In this document: positions 30,001 through 32,000 of the stretch, piece by piece | Numbering within the stretch: position 1 is the stretch's first letter | Layout: each line of letters starts with the position of its first letter | NCBI RefSeq assembly: GCF_001306055.1 | Contig: NZ_LGHJ01000011.1 | Location: 1 to 32,000 of the forward strand | DNA length: 32,000 nt | DNA from: Bellilinea caldifistulae | GTDB lineage: Bacteria; Chloroflexota; Anaerolineae; Anaerolineales; Anaerolineaceae | Reading direction: 5' to 3' | Notes under the pieces: model-generated | Told to the model about the DNA's origin: nothing | Seen by the model: the letters and a program-made list of their open reading frames with translations, nothing else | Database searches by the model: none | Made by a program: the position numbers and the translations under genes

Positions 30001-32000
30001 CCGATGAAGATTACCATACAAAACGGTTCCAATCAAAAACTAACCGAAACGATCCTCTACTACGCTTATGATGCATGGACGCCGCAGTATCCCTTCAGCA
30101 CAAAAGCAGATCTTCGTATTCGCTGGGTACGAAAAGCCAGTGAAGAGAACCTGGTGTACTCTTCCAATGGATCGACCTGGACGGCATCCAAAAAATACTT
30201 TTACTACGACCCGCTCCGGCAAAACGGCCAGCAATATGGCAATTTGACCAACCTGGTCGAATCATTCTGGAATGGAAGCACCTGGCAGGATTACCGCGTC
30301 CATTGGTGGGGATATTATCCCAATAACTCCGGTAACCTCTACCTGGTCGGCCTGCCCGGTTATCATAATGTGTATGCCTGTCCCGGCGGTTCTCAAAACG
30401 GAAATTGTTATACCATCGGTCAGGCAGGTATCTCCGCCAGCCTTGTCCATTATTCCTTGTGGTATCTATACGATAATCAAAATATGTACAATCTCTCTCC
30501 AACTGCCGGGGTTCTGACCGGCCATCGGTTGCTGCTCTACTGGCAGGATCCGGTCAATCTAACCGGCCCCGTTTATCAGGACACCGCTTATTCCTACGAT
30601 AGTTGGGGTAATCAAATCTCGGTCAATCGCTACATCCAGCCCAACACCTTCAACGGCTTTGCTGCCGGTTCGTTTCAGAATACATCTTCCTGTTACGGGG
30701 TGGCCAATCAACCGGCCGGTTGCAACGATGACGGTTATTACACTTTCCTGAAATGGGAAAAGAACGCCCTTTCACACGTGACCACTTATCAGGATTTTGA
30801 CTTCCGCATCGGCAAACCACGCCGGGTTACCGACCCCAATAACAACGATGTCTGGTTGACCTATGACAGTTTTGGCCGATTGACCAGTGAAGTCCACCCC
30901 GGGGATAGCTCCACCCTGCCCACCACTCGCTATGTCCATTGCGACACCTGTTATCCCTATATGTTTGCCGTTGTTCAACGCATCGAGGCCGGGAACGACA
31001 GTCTGCTGTTCAAAAAGCGTTTCTTCTTCGATGGCTTGGGCAGGATCATCCAGACTCACATTCCCAACGCCACTTTGCAAAAACCCGACCAGAGTGGTGT
31101 TGAATCTCGCGACATCGTGGTGGATTACGATTATGATGCTTACGACCGCCTCATTCGCGAAACAGTCCCCTACGATACAAACCTTACCATGGGCTACAAA
31201 GGTCAGGCGTTCAGTGTGCAACCTTTCACCACAACCACTTACGATATACTGGGCAGACCGTTACAGATCATTCGGCCGGACGGGACGATCGAAAGCACTT
31301 ACCAGTACAACGGTTTGGAAACCTCGATCACCAATGCCAACAATCAGACCACCTACCAGACCCAGGACGTATGGGGGCGAATTATTGAGGTCAAGCCACC
31401 CACCGGGCCGAAAACTCGCTACCTGTACGACCCGCTCGACCGGTTAACCGCTGCCCAGCAGATCGAACGCAACAGCACTACCCCCTTTGCGGTAACAAAC
31501 ATTTCCTACGATTACGGCGGGCGTAAAACCTCGATGATTGACCCCGACATGGGCTACTGGAGCTATGCCTACGATGCGCTTGGTAACCTCACCCGCCAGA
31601 CCGATGCCCGCGGGCAGCGAATTTGTCTCTATTACGATCCGCTCAACCGTTTGCTCGGTAAACATTATCGCAGCGATGATGCCTGCCCATCCTCTCCAAC
31701 CTATCAAGTCAGTTTTGCCTACGATCAGGGCACAAACGGCAAAGGCCAGCGCACTTCGATGAGCGACCCCAGCGGCAGCACCAGCTGGACGTACGATGCG
31801 CGCGGTAGAATGATCTCCGAAACCAAAACCATCAGCGGGCATGGCACCTACCGCATGGAATGGGTCTATAATTCCGCTGACCAGATCCAGCAGATCAAGT
31901 ACCCCGGTGGTAACGATGGCAGTCTGGGCGAAACAGTCACCTACACCTATCATCCCCAATTGACCGTGAGTACGGTCAACGGCGCCACCCCGTATGCCCC
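27037..32000 (+). CDS. Very large secreted SpvB-domain / RHS (YD-repeat) polymorphic-toxin protein, 3' end outside the window
   Basis: Frame 1 is open from the ATG at 27037 (GGGAGG 8 nt upstream) to the window end. That is why it is absent from the ORF track. Signal peptide MNPILNLLIVLVLVLNPFL. SpvB/TcdB-type N-terminal motif FQVADFTGAGTFSIPINLPPGPGGFQPSLSLEYNSQ...GMGWSLDVPYI. Many YD repeats (YSYDSWGNQISV, LTYDSFGRLTSE, YDYDAYDRLIRE, YAYDALGNLTRQTDARGQ, YYDPLNRLLGK, WTYDARGRMISE). Confidence 0.9.
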   Translation, partial: MNPILNLLIVLVLVLNPFLTSFIPLGTSVPPKGYSIPDNINRLLDSLQQQSSPLPSPEPNPTQEITPSPPNEGEESINPTVDFTPTPSPAIPPAANETPTPPLQETQPTDILSFQEILRQGFFIEVASPLLVENEKILLRWHFPETFSTNVGELRLQIILPQGIQPSEGQDGKWEEPIFTLYPKETQGELILIPQKVEDNLLEIRATGWVNDDPIFSDNLFLARPNLVAGITEARAVDAQNRVSVSFPSESFSEELSVVILPVSDKHRWISGADQTAFEILAINKAGETVKHFEKPLKIEVQYDPELYGGNEAALYLSYLDEEKMEWLYLPSRADAETHILTAYTDHFTLFNLNSDNLQSPLMNRPESFQVADFTGAGTFSIPINLPPGPGGFQPSLSLEYNSQIVDTANIVTQANWVGMGWSLDVPYIFRDMHGTSSDTSDDTFHLILNGVSHRLLKDANGVYHTESETFIKINYYQYTSYEPWWEVWDKEGNRYLFGQRYVHFRDAPDNRYISRYLRIRGQDWAFENYRWSVNTITNKFGKEIRFTYTEFTKPVDRDDNGYNDDYYDRSVLPESIIYPNNRYRVFFTFAHDRTDYRTWWDSTPLNFFYDKSRLVSLKIQHNPDGNPAFTNATTVYQYNFFYNLDNVSGMSSAPIFPNYTWEAGGKTLALNAVQLVAFDSNNQPSYQPMVKFYYNDQMHLTKVDNGFGGIYEFTYSRWYSWASPGSDFDNGNPWDNPNFPAVWRKNLSHYIQPGQDLNNVVEYEWGIGSEDMLVRTQFPYKEYQNVFLGSQYELHIKIQMPAIAPNPSSMNLFIGMDDGLGNTYNTGGQTGMDVFPMSKPNNATLNLNLSYTLPASSRPVNWANNGSGLTKFRIGCRWSPNNYCRLIELQFRRLPTYYRVSSRKLTEQITGKSYTFSYTYEGASMNNEIGFGEFNQPLSTFYDPPFTVFRGHKKVIQIGPDQRKTTTEFYQLTKDRPYYSEFYVTGSPMKITIQNGSNQKLTETILYYAYDAWTPQYPFSTKADLRIRWVRKASEENLVYSSNGSTWTASKKYFYYDPLRQNGQQYGNLTNLVESFWNGSTWQDYRVHWWGYYPNNSGNLYLVGLPGYHNVYACPGGSQNGNCYTIGQAGISASLVHYSLWYLYDNQNMYNLSPTAGVLTGHRLLLYWQDPVNLTGPVYQDTAYSYDSWGNQISVNRYIQPNTFNGFAAGSFQNTSSCYGVANQPAGCNDDGYYTFLKWEKNALSHVTTYQDFDFRIGKPRRVTDPNNNDVWLTYDSFGRLTSEVHPGDSSTLPTTRYVHCDTCYPYMFAVVQRIEAGNDSLLFKKRFFFDGLGRIIQTHIPNATLQKPDQSGVESRDIVVDYDYDAYDRLIRETVPYDTNLTMGYKGQAFSVQPFTTTTYDILGRPLQIIRPDGTIESTYQYNGLETSITNANNQTTYQTQDVWGRIIEVKPPTGPKTRYLYDPLDRLTAAQQIERNSTTPFAVTNISYDYGGRKTSMIDPDMGYWSYAYDALGNLTRQTDARGQRICLYYDPLNRLLGKHYRSDDACPSSPTYQVSFAYDQGTNGKGQRTSMSDPSGSTSWTYDARGRMISETKTISGHGTYRMEWVYNSADQIQQIKYPGGNDGSLGETVTYTYHPQLTVSTVNGATPYA

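Noticed and set aside
28888-31959. Minus-strand ORFs 28888-29526 (212 aa), 30772-31221 (149 aa), 31444-31959 (171 aa), and several plus-strand 60-190-aa ORFs in frames 2 and 3.
   Set aside because: All lie inside or antisense to the continuous frame-1 RHS ORF, which has unmistakable YD repeats. They lack SDs and have noise-like composition.
1-32000. CRISPR arrays, rRNA genes, and self-cleaving ribozyme cores (hammerhead CUGAUGA...GAAA).
   Set aside because: No regularly spaced direct repeats and no rRNA-like conserved blocks were seen. The only CTGATGA (27033-27039) overlaps the RHS start codon and has no hammerhead context.

Overview
The window is a mosaic accessory region, probably from a Chloroflexota-like genome (Pro/Thr-rich linkers, secreted beta-propeller proteins). 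The taxon call is inference only.

Left to right:
(1) 1-524: the 3' part of an IS5/IS1182-type transposase.
(2) 673-5948: two large secreted or lipid-anchored beta-propeller proteins.
(3) 6011-7380: an rve-family IS that has cut a small HTH gene.
(4) 7467-7612: an orphan 3' half of tRNA-Lys(CUU) with its own terminator. It abuts a tyrosine integrase and marks one end of a visibly AT-richer island (about 7.6-18.6 kb).
(5) Island cargo: a membrane-anchored SNase/Excalibur nuclease, then one tightly coupled 8.6-kb operon. The operon encodes a PD-(D/E)xK-nuclease::N6-adenine-methyltransferase fusion, a two-TRD HsdS-like subunit, an unknown 299-aa protein, a HerA/FtsK-type ATPase, a ParB-domain::methyltransferase fusion and a NurA-like protein. 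There is no HsdR. This operon is my best candidate for an undescribed defence system.
(6) 18596-18786: a tRNA with an atypical anticodon arm, plus a degenerate inverted copy of its 5' half.
(7) About 18.8-26.9 kb: a GC-rich integrative element with no structural genes. It carries a SWIM protein, a Rad52-like annealing protein, an RHH regulator with a 33-bp palindromic operator, HigBA and a second tyrosine recombinase. Its intergenic regions hold a repeated, covarying hairpin module that I cannot assign to any known class.
(8) 27037-32000: the 5' 5 kb of a very large SpvB/RHS (YD-repeat) toxin gene. It is missing from the ORF track because it runs off the window.

I saw no rRNA and no CRISPR array. 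All family assignments come from motifs read by eye; no searches were run.
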